In this document: positions 45,369 through 56,363 of the stretch, one piece after another
How the letters are laid out: each line of letters opens with the position of its first letter
Numbering within the stretch: position 1 is the stretch's first letter
From: Eledone cirrhosa
Lineage: Eukaryota
Direction: 5' to 3'
NCBI GenBank assembly: GCA_964016885.1
Contig: OZ024747.1
Span: forward strand, 68,448,001 to 68,512,000
Length of the DNA: 64,000 bases
Translations under genes and position numbers: made by a program
Notes under the pieces: model-generated
What the model was told of the DNA's origin: nothing
Databases searched by the model: none
What the model saw: only the letters and a program-made list of their open reading frames with translations

Positions 45369-45602
45369 CACAGAGTGTGTGACGAAAGGACTATGACTAT
45401 ATATAAACAACTATCTAGTTGTGGAACCAACCAACCAACCAGAAATTTATAAATTTGTAAATTTATAAATATATAATAAATTGAAGTGAAAGCAACTGGT
45501 GCGTGTGTTTCTTATTGGCAACATGACCCTCCCAAAGTATAACAATATCGGTTTCAACACACGATTTCAGATAAAGAATTTTGCTAAACAAATTCAGAAA
45601 CG

Positions 45603-45689
<87 letters not shown>

Positions 45690-45693
<4 letters not shown>

Positions 45694-45905
45694 ATAATGT
45701 CGTGGGTTCGATTCCTTGGTTGTGTGTTGTGTTCTTGAACAAAACACTTCATTTCAAGTTGCTCCAGTATACTCAGTTGAGTACCAGCAATAGACTGTGA
45801 TAGACTGGCGTCCTGTCCAGGGAGGAGTATTGTACTCTCAGTCGTTTCACGCCATGAAATCGGGATAAGCACCGGCCAAATGAACCTTCTGGCTTAAGAC
45901 AGATT
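45690..45905 (+). mobile_element. SINE family B, 5'-truncated
   Basis: Aligns to 28168-28400. Confidence 0.8.
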
Positions 45906-46109
45906 TTAGACTTAGATATAAGTATATATAGTTGAACCTTGGTTCACAAACACAGACAGTTTTTCCGAACATAAAACGTCTTAGGTGACGAAGGATGTTT
46001 CGAGTAATGAACATACAAGCCAACAACAACGGTTGGTGACAAGCTGAGAGTATCGTCTAGAAAACATGGCGTTATGAGGCTGTTAGCTAGCAAACGAATT
46101 GAATATTAA

Positions 46110-46212
46110 TAATTGTTTATACTTTTGACACAAGGCCAGCAATTACCCCAATGTATTACTGGTGCTTTATTTTATCGACCCTGTATGGATGAAAGGCCAA
46201 GTTAACCTCAGC
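46110..46212 (-). mobile_element. SINE family A 3' fragment
   Basis: Family core in reverse orientation. Confidence 0.75.
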
Positions 46213-47399
46213 AAAATAATAATATGATTATTATGTTATTATTATTATTCAGTCATGAATGCATTTATGTATCAACTATGTTAGAGCGAAAATAAATCTT
46301 TGTTTTTAATTTGCAGCAAAACTATCATTGCCAGTTAAATTATTTATAGAAATATATGAAAATATACTGAAGCGAAAACCAAACCAAACAGTGAGTGTGT
46401 TTTACTATTTTTTTGGCAATATTAGAACATGACCCTCCCTAAATATAACAATATATATATATATATGACATGATAAAAATGAAATGGTGAAAGACTCACT
46501 CAAGCTCCATTATTAATATAGAGAGATGTTTCTATATAACTGAATCTGAGCATTGATTCAAGGAACTTAATGTCACTCAATCTTGTATCTTCTAAGATTT
46601 CACAAAATATACTAAATTATAACAGAGTGTTGTAGTTTGCTTAAAACATTGTTGAATAGGAAACATAAATTTAAATAATTTTGAAAACCATACAATGCAC
46701 TAGAAAGAAAATCAAGATTGCTAAGATAACAAAAGAATCTTACCTTAGCAAATTTGATAATCCTAAATATTTTCGTGTTTAAAAACTCATTATCAAGGGA
46801 GTATGCCTATGAGAGACTTAAAAGATTGATCAGAGTTGAGTTGTTTGTTTAGAAAGCAGATTTAAGTTAAATGAAATGAAAAGACGTTAAAATTTCGAAT
46901 GTGCGCGTTGTGAAATGTGTGATATCGCGTACCAATACATTAGTTAAATACCATTATTTTATCCACCTAATATATACTTTCCATATGCATGTGTGTGCGT
47001 GAATGTAAGTGTACTTAGTGGGATGTTTGTATGTGTCTGAATGTAAGTTTATGTAGTGATAGATGTGTGCGAATATGTATAAAATTAAACGGGAAAAATA
47101 TGTATGTGATATATGTATGTGTGTGTGTGAGTCTAAGTGTGTTTGCTTAGTGAGGACATAGATTTAATTTGAAAAAAAGAATGAAACTGACCGCTGTGTT
47201 GTTGGAATACAGACTTTTAAATTAGTCATTCTAAATTATATAGGAAAATGAGCATTTTCAAGAAAAACCTTCATAGCTGACGGCTCAAAAACTAGATACT
47301 GGGGGAAAAGTGATGCTGGAATGAAACTGGTTTTTATGATTTGATAAAAAAAAAATACCGGTTATGCCATAGACAGACTCGTGTGAAAAGACTGGGAGA

Positions 47400-48240
47400 T
47401 GGGAAACAAGAGAACCCCAAAAATGTGTATGTATATATGACCGTTTCTAGGACTGTAAGACAAGACCTCCATATAAAATCATACATGGGGGACACTATAA
47501 CATTCTAACTGTCCACTCCAAAGCTATTTGAGTTGAAAGAAGTCCCAAACTTCTTAATCATCTGAAACATCAAGGTGCAGACATCTGCACCTTCGTGAAT
47601 GAAAAGAAGTTCACGGTAGACGAAGTTGCAAACCATCAAAACTCACAATTGATAGCATACGACCCTTCCTAAGTTCCTTCAGCTACGCATAGCAAGAATC
47701 CAGCTTTCATTATAGTCTTTGGAGCTGTTGCAAGTAATGAAAAATTGATGCCTCCTCATTTTATTGAAGCAAATCTTAGAAGTTTTGTTGCCTTGGATTA
47801 GGACGCATTATGATGCAAGTCAAGTCATGTTTGTACAGGACTCTGTGCCTGCCAATTCTTCTAAACGAGTGCAAGAGTTTGTCCCTAAAGATATCTGGCC
47901 CTCTAGCTCACCAGATTTGAATCTGTGTAATTTTTGGCTATAGGGCGGAGTTGAAGCTATATCCAACGCAATTTCTCACAACTGTGTGTCTTCACTGAAG
48001 GCTCCAATCAAACGAGCATTCAATAAAATGTTAAAAGAAATAGTTGAAGCATGAGCGTCATTTCGTAAACGGATTGAACTGGTAAAGAAAGCAAATGGCA
48101 GTTACATTGAACTGAAATAAATGGTAAACACTCCACAATAAATTGGCATAAACATAAAATTTGCTGTGTTTGATTTTTCTGAGTTATACCAATTATAATG
48201 AAGATATTTAAATGGTCCCAATTTACCTGCTATACCCTAT
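47400..48240 (+). mobile_element. Degenerate Tc1/mariner-superfamily (maT-like) transposase remnant
   Basis: EKKFTVDEVANHQN...KNPAFIIVFGAVAS...MPPHFIE...FVQDSVPA...WPSSSPDLNLC...KANGSYIE. Ends ...ataccctata. Confidence 0.8.
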
Positions 48241-49089
48241 ATATAAATATATATATACCTTCCATATACTGTACCGATTGTGTTGTTATTTCTGTTTACC
48301 TTTTACATATATATACATATATATACATAAGTTGATGTGATACATCCAGTACAGTAATGCTTACAAACTAGTTGTTTACAGCTTGCTGCCTCTAGCTACC
48401 CAGTCGAACCTAAGGTTAAGAACAACAAAAGCAAACAACATCAATCATTGAAGACTTCAGTCAAAACCTTAAAACCTAAAAACTACAGCTGAAATTCCCT
48501 GCTGTCTAACAAAATATTTTGAACTCCATCATCCTCTTCGCATACACACACACCATTTCAATAAAAATACTGATATTTCTTTTTTTTTTTTTCATTTAAA
48601 AAGGCAACAGCAGGTAACAAGAATAGAGAATGAAGTTTTGAATGAGAAAAATTGTAGAAAAATGTTTTAAATGCCGCCCCACCATTGCATATAATCATTG
48701 ATGATTGGTTAAAAATAGAGGAATGGAAAGCAAAGAATCTGTTAGGAAATGAACAGCTTTCTGATCAGTCTTTTGTGACTTATCGACAAAAAGAAAACTG
48801 CCATTTATCCATATCTCTGTGGTCTCTTATCAAAAACAATAGTGGAGAAATATTTCTCTTCTTTTTACAGTCTTCCATTTTTTTTAATACTTTCCTTTTG
48901 GTGAGCTCTTTTGTCTTCTAATCCCGCACGCTCTATTTCCGGCAGCTTTCAATCACACTTTTATTCATTTAAATTTTAAATCCTTTAAATACTTCCTTTC
49001 TTACATTTTCTTAAACAATTTTATTTTTTTATTTTTCCCTCATCCCCTTCCTCTCACTCACATTTTTCCTTTCTCACTTATTCTCTCTC

Positions 49090-49128
<39 letters not shown>

Positions 49129-49362
49129 CTCTAATCTAGCTGTCGTCTGTTCTACAGTGTGGATGTCATTCACTTCGCACAGAAGTTTTGTTCAAATTCA
49201 TTGAGGAAATTTTGTGAGTTCAAACTTAATTTTGATACAATTGTGTAGCTTGACCCTCCGTCTGAACTGTCAGGCGGTGGGTCAGCTCATCTTTACCCCT
49301 CCTAGAGGTGAAAAACCTGTTTTAAAAAATTTTGTGTAAAAAATTTCAATCGTCTAACAGAA

Positions 49363-51240
49363 ATGTTAAACGCAGCGAACGAAAATAGTGGTGGGGGGAC
49401 AGCGGTAAGAGTTGTAAGCTCGCACGCTTTAGTCCTCCCTTCCTTCCCAACTAACGTCATAGAGAAGGAAGGAAAAATGAAAATAAAAACGGACGAATCT
49501 GCGGAGAAAAAATTAAATGACGAAAACAACGAAAAAAAAAAATTTGAAAAATTGCATGACAATACTAATAACACAAACAAAGACACAACAAACAAAAAAA
49601 TAACAGTTGAAAATAACATCATATCAGAAAACAAAGCAGACGACAAGATTTCTTTTGCACAGAAAACAAAGAAATCTTTGACTTATATAGCGGAAAACAT
49701 TTCAGATGTGGTACGAAGGATCACGGACGCAAAACAATACATAAGTGAAGGTGAGAATGGTATTTTATTGGTAAAAATGCCTCAAGAATTCACGAAAGAC
49801 ATTGAAAGCCGAACGGTCAAGTTTCGGACCATCAACAACAGTACAAAAAAACCTGAACAGCCTTCTCAAGCAGATATCAAAACAGTACTCGCAGAAGTAC
49901 TGAATGAAACAACTTTCATAAGAAAAGACAGACTGTATGGAAGCCTAGCAATCATCATGAAGAACGAATCGGCGGCAAAAAAATGTGCTTTGTCACCGAT
50001 TCGTTCGAAAAATTTCACCTTTTATCCATCTTATATGGGAAAAAAAACTCAACGCATATGGCTGGATGCAATGATGCCAGATGTGGACTACTGCTGGCTC
50101 ATAGCTGGCTTCATCGATCCAGTGAATGACAACGTGATTTCCATTGGGAAAACCACAGGCAATGCGTTCAGTGGAACAGGTATAGAGCTGATAGTACAAA
50201 TGAAGCCTGAACGTATCGCCCAAATACCCGACAGAATCCTATTAGAGGACCACGGGTATATAAACATTAGCGTGGAGGGGAGAAGGCCGTTCTGCCATAT
50301 CTGTGCAGGCAGAGGGCACCTGAAGGCCGCTTGTCCACAACTCAACAAAAAGAAAACTCTGCTACCAACACCAGCTCCACCACCACCACCACAACAGATA
50401 AACAAACAACAAAACTCAGTCCCACCCAACCCGTCCATCAGTAACACCACAACACCACCACAACACAAACAGTCACAACACATTACCCCAAAACAAAATA
50501 CAGGCCCACCCAACCTCTCACTCAATAAAACAACACAACCACCGCAGACACAACACACAACACAGTCTAACATAGTGACATCCATCTCCCCCACAAAGAA
50601 AACCAACACGGAAACATTACCAGCAAACATACCTCTTCCCTCCAACACTGAAGATAACCCAACGAATTCGGAGGAAGAAACGGAGTCCTTCAGACAGATT
50701 AAAAGGAAAAAAAGAAAACATGTGCAAAACACACAAGGACAAACAACCCCCACCCAAATCGCAACACAATCTAACAAAACAGAAAACACCCCTCCAGCAA
50801 CAAACAAAACCAAACCTGCCCCTCCCCTCTTCGAAACACTCACACCATCCGAAAAAAAGACATTACACTATACTTACATCAACAGAAACAATAATAAATT
50901 AAATGAACTCATATACAATAATCCTTCGGTACAAACCGAAGGTGTAAACTTTGTTTCATCAGAAAACCACCCACATTTAAAACTAATAAAAATCCCAATG
51001 AACCTCTACCAAAAACTAAAAAAGGATTTTAAGGAGGACGTAGGACCACCCTCTGTCAAACCCATAAACCGCGTCCTACTAAAAAGCTTTCCCCCTCCCC
51101 TTCCCCTCCCCAACACAACTCCAAACACCCCAACCCCACCACACACCGACGACCCCACACCACCACAAGACACCCCTTCACCCAACACCCCCGACCCCAT
51201 GGAAGTCGTGCAACCCGAACCCCGGGAAGCGGAAAGGTAG
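49363..51240 (+). CDS. LINE ORF1 (gag-like nucleic-acid-binding protein, 625 aa)
   Basis: CHICAGRGHLKAAC zinc knuckle (CX2CX4HX4C) preceded by IPDRILL...ISVEGRRP; P/T/Q-rich tail. Confidence 0.9.
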   Translation: MLNAANENSGGGTAVRVVSSHALVLPSFPTNVIEKEGKMKIKTDESAEKKLNDENNEKKKFEKLHDNTNNTNKDTTNKKITVENNIISENKADDKISFAQKTKKSLTYIAENISDVVRRITDAKQYISEGENGILLVKMPQEFTKDIESRTVKFRTINNSTKKPEQPSQADIKTVLAEVLNETTFIRKDRLYGSLAIIMKNESAAKKCALSPIRSKNFTFYPSYMGKKTQRIWLDAMMPDVDYCWLIAGFIDPVNDNVISIGKTTGNAFSGTGIELIVQMKPERIAQIPDRILLEDHGYINISVEGRRPFCHICAGRGHLKAACPQLNKKKTLLPTPAPPPPPQQINKQQNSVPPNPSISNTTTPPQHKQSQHITPKQNTGPPNLSLNKTTQPPQTQHTTQSNIVTSISPTKKTNTETLPANIPLPSNTEDNPTNSEEETESFRQIKRKKRKHVQNTQGQTTPTQIATQSNKTENTPPATNKTKPAPPLFETLTPSEKKTLHYTYINRNNNKLNELIYNNPSVQTEGVNFVSSENHPHLKLIKIPMNLYQKLKKDFKEDVGPPSVKPINRVLLKSFPPPLPLPNTTPNTPTPPHTDDPTPPQDTPSPNTPDPMEVVQPEPREAER

Positions 51241-51273
51241 GTCTCTACACTCTCCTTTGGCTCTGCCGCCCAC

Positions 51274-54200
51274 ATGGATGTGTTAAGAGTAGGATGTTTG
51301 AATGCACGTGGCCTGGGCTCAACTTGGAAGCAAGCAAAGCTTCTAAATGACCTCAGGTCATGTAGTATAAATGTAATGGTTATCTGTGAGACTCGAATCA
51401 GCGTCATGCGGCAGCTGGCCCCCACCTTCGATGACTTTGAGGTGCATGCATCTCTCTGTCAACCTGGAGGTGGGGGTGGGGTTGTCGTGCTGCTGCAAAA
51501 ACACCTGGGTCTTGCCGTACAGGTTGTGCACTCGGACCCGGAGGGTCGTTTGTTGGTGCTAGACGTTGGCAGTAGTGAAAGTGCGGCCTTGAGACTGGTC
51601 GCCGTCTACTCCCCTTTCGGAGCTGAACGGCCCGACTTCTTCCAGCGTTTGGAGACTTTTCTGGGAACGTCGCGTTCCCTGCTTCTAGCGGGGGATTGGA
51701 ATGACATCCTGGATGCACGTTGGGACTATGCAGGAGCATGTCCTAATAGAGGGGGGTGTAACAGCCTCAAGGGGTTACTCGACCGTTTTAACTTGGTCGA
51801 TAGATATCGACTAGATTTTCCAACTGTGCCTACCTGGACTTGGAGAAACCACAGTGGTCAATCTAGATCGTACTTAGATAGATTCTTAGTTAGAAGTAAG
51901 GATAGGGACATATTAAGCTGTCCAGAAATGCGCACGGTTGGCTACACGGATCACAAATTAGTGACCTGCGTGGTCAATCTCGAGAAAACACATAGACAGG
52001 GTCCCGGTTACTGGAAACTTAATTTGTCTTTACCGGCAAAAGAGACTTACAGAAACCGGATTAGCAGATTAGTTAAGGAGAGGTTGACGGGTGCAATCGT
52101 CAACAACCGATGGTGGGCATCTCTCAAAAGAGAGATTAGAACAGAATCAATAAGTTATAGCAAGATGTTAGCTGCCAATAGGAATAGAAACGAGAAAGAA
52201 TTAACAGGTAAATTAGAAGAGGCAATCAAGAGCGAAGATGTGGCCAGAGTGCTGGCATCGAGGACGGCCTTGAACCAGTTTTTCGATGCAAAGCATGAAG
52301 GCTGCGTCATTCGAAGTAAAATACGTGCTCTAGGTAATGAGGGGGCCAAAGCCGTTGGATGGGCCCGCGTGACAGAAGCTAAAAGTGGAAATCGATCCAC
52401 CATCCGGTCGTTGCAAGACGAAGATGGACGAGTGATCCGGGAGCCTAAGCAGATGTGCGAGGCCTTTCAAAAGCACTTTGCCCGATTGTTCGGGGGAGGC
52501 GAGGGTCCGGGCCGGGGCGTGGATTTCGGTCCATACCTCGACGGCCTGCCGCGTCTCTCGAACAAAGAGGCAGAGTCCTGCGAGGGACCAATCTCGGCTG
52601 ATGAGATCGGAGATGCGCTGAGCCAATGCAGCAGACGCAAATCTCCAGGTCTCGATGGTATACCTTACGAACTTTATTTAGCAATGCCGGTCTTCTTCTC
52701 CGAACTCCTCGAAGCGGTCTACTGCAATTGGCAGCAGAACGGGAGAATTCCTTGTTCTGTAGCCAAGGGCGTAGTCACGCTGGTGAGGAAGGACGAGAAC
52801 AAGGGGGATAGTATAAATAATTTTCGGCCCATAACCCTGCTAAACACAGAGTTAAAGATTTTGGCCAAGGTGTTAGCAAAGAGGTTGGCGCTTGTCGTGG
52901 GTGGCCTGGTGGGAGATGCGCAGACATGTGCTATCCCATCCAGGTCCATTCACGATAACCTCCACCTCATGCGATACATCATAGAGAGGGTTGGCAACAA
53001 ACCTGGCTTCGGTGGGGCCCTGATCAACTTGGATCAGTCTAAGGCCTTCGATAGGGTCGACCATGGTTACCTGGATGCGGTGCTAGCGGCGGCTGGGTTC
53101 GGTCCTGTTTTCAGAGGCTGGATCACTGCCCTACATAGCAACCACATCTGTTCTAGGATCAAGGTGAACGGCTACCTTTCGAAGCCGTTCGAAATCACAC
53201 GATCCATTCGACAGGGGTGCCCTCTCTCCTCCCTTCTGTACGTATTGACTCTCGAGCCTTTACTGAGGAAGTTGGAGTTGTTGCAGGGTATCCCCCTGGA
53301 ACCAGGATTGAGCAAAGCGGTGTCGGCCTACGCCGATGACGTAACAGTAATGGTATCAACCGACTCGGAGATCGAGGCGATCGGTACCTTACTGGAGGAG
53401 TACGAAAGGTTGTCAGGAGCGAAACTGAACCGGGAAAAATCCATCGGGCTGCAACTCGGAACGTGGAGAGGCAAACCGATGCCTCCTGACGGTGTCGTCG
53501 GACACTGGACGGAGGGCCCGGTAAAGTTGCTTGGGGTCTGGTTTGGACCAGACCTCCAGGTGGAAAAGAACTGGAACGAGGTTACGAACAAGGTGTTTGC
53601 ACTAACCCAGAAATGGGCCAAGTGTAAGCTGTCCCTAAAAGGCCGGGCGGAGGTGGCGAACATTTACATAGCGTCCGTCACTTACTACCGCCTGACTGTC
53701 GTGCCTTGCCCTAAGGAAACACTCACCACCATGGAACGCATGCTCTTCCAATTTCTTTGGAAGAAGCGTCCTCCTATGGTGAGAAGATCCATCTGCTGCC
53801 AACAACCTTCGAAAGGAGGGCTGGGGATGCCGTGGTTGATGATGCGTAGGCACGCATTAAGGCTACGGCACCTACAGGTATTCCTCACTGGTCAACCGGT
53901 GTGGGCTCCGTTCGTGAAACGAGCCTTTCCGAGACTCGTCTCACTCACCGAGCTACAGTCCTGGGTCAAGCAAAGATCCGGAAAACTGGGAGACTGGCAC
54001 ACTGAGTGTGCTCAGGCGCTCAGGGCTCTCTGGCAAGCGGGCCGGGCCATCGGTGGAGAATCCACCTCATCATTCTATAGAGGGCTGGTGGCTAGCAGGG
54101 GCGATGACACCCTTGGAGAGTCGCTGGACATGGAAGAAGACGAACTGGCCAGCCTGTTCGGTAGGACTTTCGGCCCAGGACCAATGGACAACTTCCAGAA

Positions 54201-54711
54201 GTCACTGGCCTGGCAGTGCTACCGAGGGGCTCTACCCGTTCGAGAGAGGCTCTACAGACACGGGCGCCCGGGCAGGGATCCCTCAAAAAAGATTTGCCCT
54301 AGATGCGTGCGTCACGAAGAAACCGTAGCGCACGCATTGGTGCAATGTCCGGGCGTGGCTGATCTGTGGGGCTACGCCGAACAACTGCTGTCGCGGGTGG
54401 CGCCGATTAAATTGACCGCCGAGTCCGTGATGACAATCAAACCGCCTCCCCTCTTCACAAAGGAAGCAAAGGCGGTTTTTCTGTGTGTAATAGCCATGTT
54501 GAAAGAGGCTGTTTGGTGGACACGATTGAAAGGTCTGAGGTCAGGCAACTTCCTCTCTGGCCATAGTCTGGTCTACTTCTTCCGATATCACTTCGGAAGA
54601 AGGATAAGAATGGAGAGAGAGGTGCTTGGCCACAGGCAGTTTTATGAAAGGTGGGTGATAGTGGCGAGAATGGCTCGTGTAAATGGGCCTTCTCTGTATA
54701 CCATCCTGTAG
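51274..54711 (+). CDS. LINE ORF2: AP endonuclease, reverse transcriptase and C-terminal zinc finger (1145 aa)
   Basis: APE motifs LNARGL, CETR, VYSP, AGDWN, YLDRF, TDH. RT motifs KSPGLDG, FRPITLLN, LDQSKAFDRV, RQGCPLS, YADD. GGLGMP. CPRC-x8-H-x4-C. Confidence 0.97.
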   Translation: MDVLRVGCLNARGLGSTWKQAKLLNDLRSCSINVMVICETRISVMRQLAPTFDDFEVHASLCQPGGGGGVVVLLQKHLGLAVQVVHSDPEGRLLVLDVGSSESAALRLVAVYSPFGAERPDFFQRLETFLGTSRSLLLAGDWNDILDARWDYAGACPNRGGCNSLKGLLDRFNLVDRYRLDFPTVPTWTWRNHSGQSRSYLDRFLVRSKDRDILSCPEMRTVGYTDHKLVTCVVNLEKTHRQGPGYWKLNLSLPAKETYRNRISRLVKERLTGAIVNNRWWASLKREIRTESISYSKMLAANRNRNEKELTGKLEEAIKSEDVARVLASRTALNQFFDAKHEGCVIRSKIRALGNEGAKAVGWARVTEAKSGNRSTIRSLQDEDGRVIREPKQMCEAFQKHFARLFGGGEGPGRGVDFGPYLDGLPRLSNKEAESCEGPISADEIGDALSQCSRRKSPGLDGIPYELYLAMPVFFSELLEAVYCNWQQNGRIPCSVAKGVVTLVRKDENKGDSINNFRPITLLNTELKILAKVLAKRLALVVGGLVGDAQTCAIPSRSIHDNLHLMRYIIERVGNKPGFGGALINLDQSKAFDRVDHGYLDAVLAAAGFGPVFRGWITALHSNHICSRIKVNGYLSKPFEITRSIRQGCPLSSLLYVLTLEPLLRKLELLQGIPLEPGLSKAVSAYADDVTVMVSTDSEIEAIGTLLEEYERLSGAKLNREKSIGLQLGTWRGKPMPPDGVVGHWTEGPVKLLGVWFGPDLQVEKNWNEVTNKVFALTQKWAKCKLSLKGRAEVANIYIASVTYYRLTVVPCPKETLTTMERMLFQFLWKKRPPMVRRSICCQQPSKGGLGMPWLMMRRHALRLRHLQVFLTGQPVWAPFVKRAFPRLVSLTELQSWVKQRSGKLGDWHTECAQALRALWQAGRAIGGESTSSFYRGLVASRGDDTLGESLDMEEDELASLFGRTFGPGPMDNFQKSLAWQCYRGALPVRERLYRHGRPGRDPSKKICPRCVRHEETVAHALVQCPGVADLWGYAEQLLSRVAPIKLTAESVMTIKPPPLFTKEAKAVFLCVIAMLKEAVWWTRLKGLRSGNFLSGHSLVYFFRYHFGRRIRMEREVLGHRQFYERWVIVARMARVNGPSLYTIL

Positions 54712-55364
54712 GTAAAGAAGTAAAGGAGAGGGGAGCACCTTCTCCATGTGCTCCCCGGGCAAAGGATTGCACACTTTTTCGGGGGTGTGTGCAAACCCCA
54801 TCACGTCCCCTCCCTTTTGAGGTTATTTTCGATTATTTTCATGTTACACCCTTTTTACTCGATTATATGTAAACTCCCCCTTTGTATTTGTCCCTTCTTT
54901 TTATGCCTTTATGGTAAATAAAGAAATCTATCTATCTATCTTTCTCTCTCTTTCTAACCCTCTTTTTTCTTACTCTTTCACTCTTGCCTATTTCAGTTTT
55001 TATCTTTATATATCCCTACCACTCAATTTTTGTCTCCTCATTCTCTCTCACCACCATCCCCTTTTTCTTTCATCTCACCCTCTCCCTCATCCTGTCCTCA
55101 CTCTCTCTCATCCCACTCACTCTCCGCAACCCCCACAATCTCTCACCCATTTTCTTTCTCTCTACCCAACAACCTCCTCCTTATGCTACATAATTTCCTC
55201 TCTTCCTACTTCTAGTAGACAACTAGCATGAATGTGGCTAGTTGCTGTTGTTACTTATACCCAGGTGAGTCTTCATTGAGCATATCTTTCCAGCCATGAC
55301 CAACCCTTTTTCTTTTCAGAAATAGTGTATCTAGGACTACACTATCTATTGTGTCTTTCCAGTT

Positions 55365-55608
55365 TTAACCCTTTCATTACCATATTTCTAGTGAAAGACA
55401 CTGCCTAGGGTTTCAAAGAATTTGGAAGGATTTAGTAATAAAACTAACTTTCTCATTGTTAAACTGGTGTTTGGAACATAACTTAACAAAGGCCCTTACA
55501 TAAAATTATAATGAAAGGTTTTTAGATAAATATAAACACTTTAAAACAAACAGATATATATCATAGAACCTGAGGCAGTTTCAGGAAGTTTAGTATCAAA
55601 ACAATTAA
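55365..55608. mobile_element. piggyBac-like MITE remnant
   Basis: TTAA ccctttcattaccat...gtatcaaaacaa TTAA; related to 41891-42386. Confidence 0.5.
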
Positions 55609-56059
55609 GAGAGCAGGGTATGATTTGAGGAATATTTGACAACTATTTCTAGCAAATCAAATGATCACATAGTGACTCCTTCATTGGGAAATGTTTGTTC
55701 AACCCCATGTTATATCTGATTGTGTAGATCTATGATGAAAAAAAAAACTCGCCGGCATGGCTAGCCTGACATGTTATATATCGAAAACTAGATGGGTCCA
55801 TCTTTTATTAAGATGGGAAAATTTGGCTGCCATTTCTAACAGAACAAGTGATTATATAGAGGCTGCCTTGGATGCTGTGGTGCAGCAATGGTAATGATGC
55901 TGTTGTTGTTGTTTAGCCCTAGGTCATCCTTAATCAAGCAGACCTATGATCAAAAATATTGCAGCTGTAATCTACCCAGATTTTTATTTATTTGATTGCC
56001 ATAGAGAATTTTGTTTTAACTCGATTGAGAGGGTTGATGTTTTTTACCCTTCTTAGCAT

Positions 56060-56310
56060 TCAGATATAGAAAACATCTATAGCTTTAGTGATAGATGTCA
56101 CTGACCATGATTCACTGAAATACAGTAAGATCGATTCCACTGTAGCTATGAATAATCTAACTTTTGTTTTTGTGGTTATGTTAGATTTCCACACCTTATC
56201 TAGCAAGTTCACGTCAGACCATGCTTGTGCTATATCAATGTTTATATCATTTGATTTGTTAGTATACTTGAAATCTTCTACTTTTTCGAGAACAGTATTG
56301 TTTAATGATT
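56060..56310 (-). mobile_element. Degenerate RTE-group LINE fragment
   Basis: LEKVEDFKY...AQAWSDVNLLDKVWKSNI...KVRLFIATVESILLYFSESW. Confidence 0.75.
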
Positions 56311-56363
56311 TAATGATATTTAAAATATATGATATGATATAATACATATATATATAAATATAA

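Larger units (their letters stand above)
44552..45548 (-). mobile_element. Truncated Neptune-type PLE bracketed by inverted pseudo-LTRs (44552-44729 / 45369-45548)
   Basis: ~180-bp near-perfect inverted arms enclose the GIY-YIG coding segment and the hammerhead. Confidence 0.9.
49133..54925 (+). mobile_element. Full-length, intact Tx1-clade non-LTR retrotransposon
   Basis: Two uninterrupted ORFs, AATAAA at the 3' end, and a 24-bp TSD atctatctatctatctttctctct at 49109-49132 and 54926-54949. Confidence 0.93.

Noticed and set aside
49302-54872. Antisense and alternative-frame ORFs within the Tx1 element
   Set aside because: Shadows of the long, compositionally biased ORF1 and ORF2, with no motifs.
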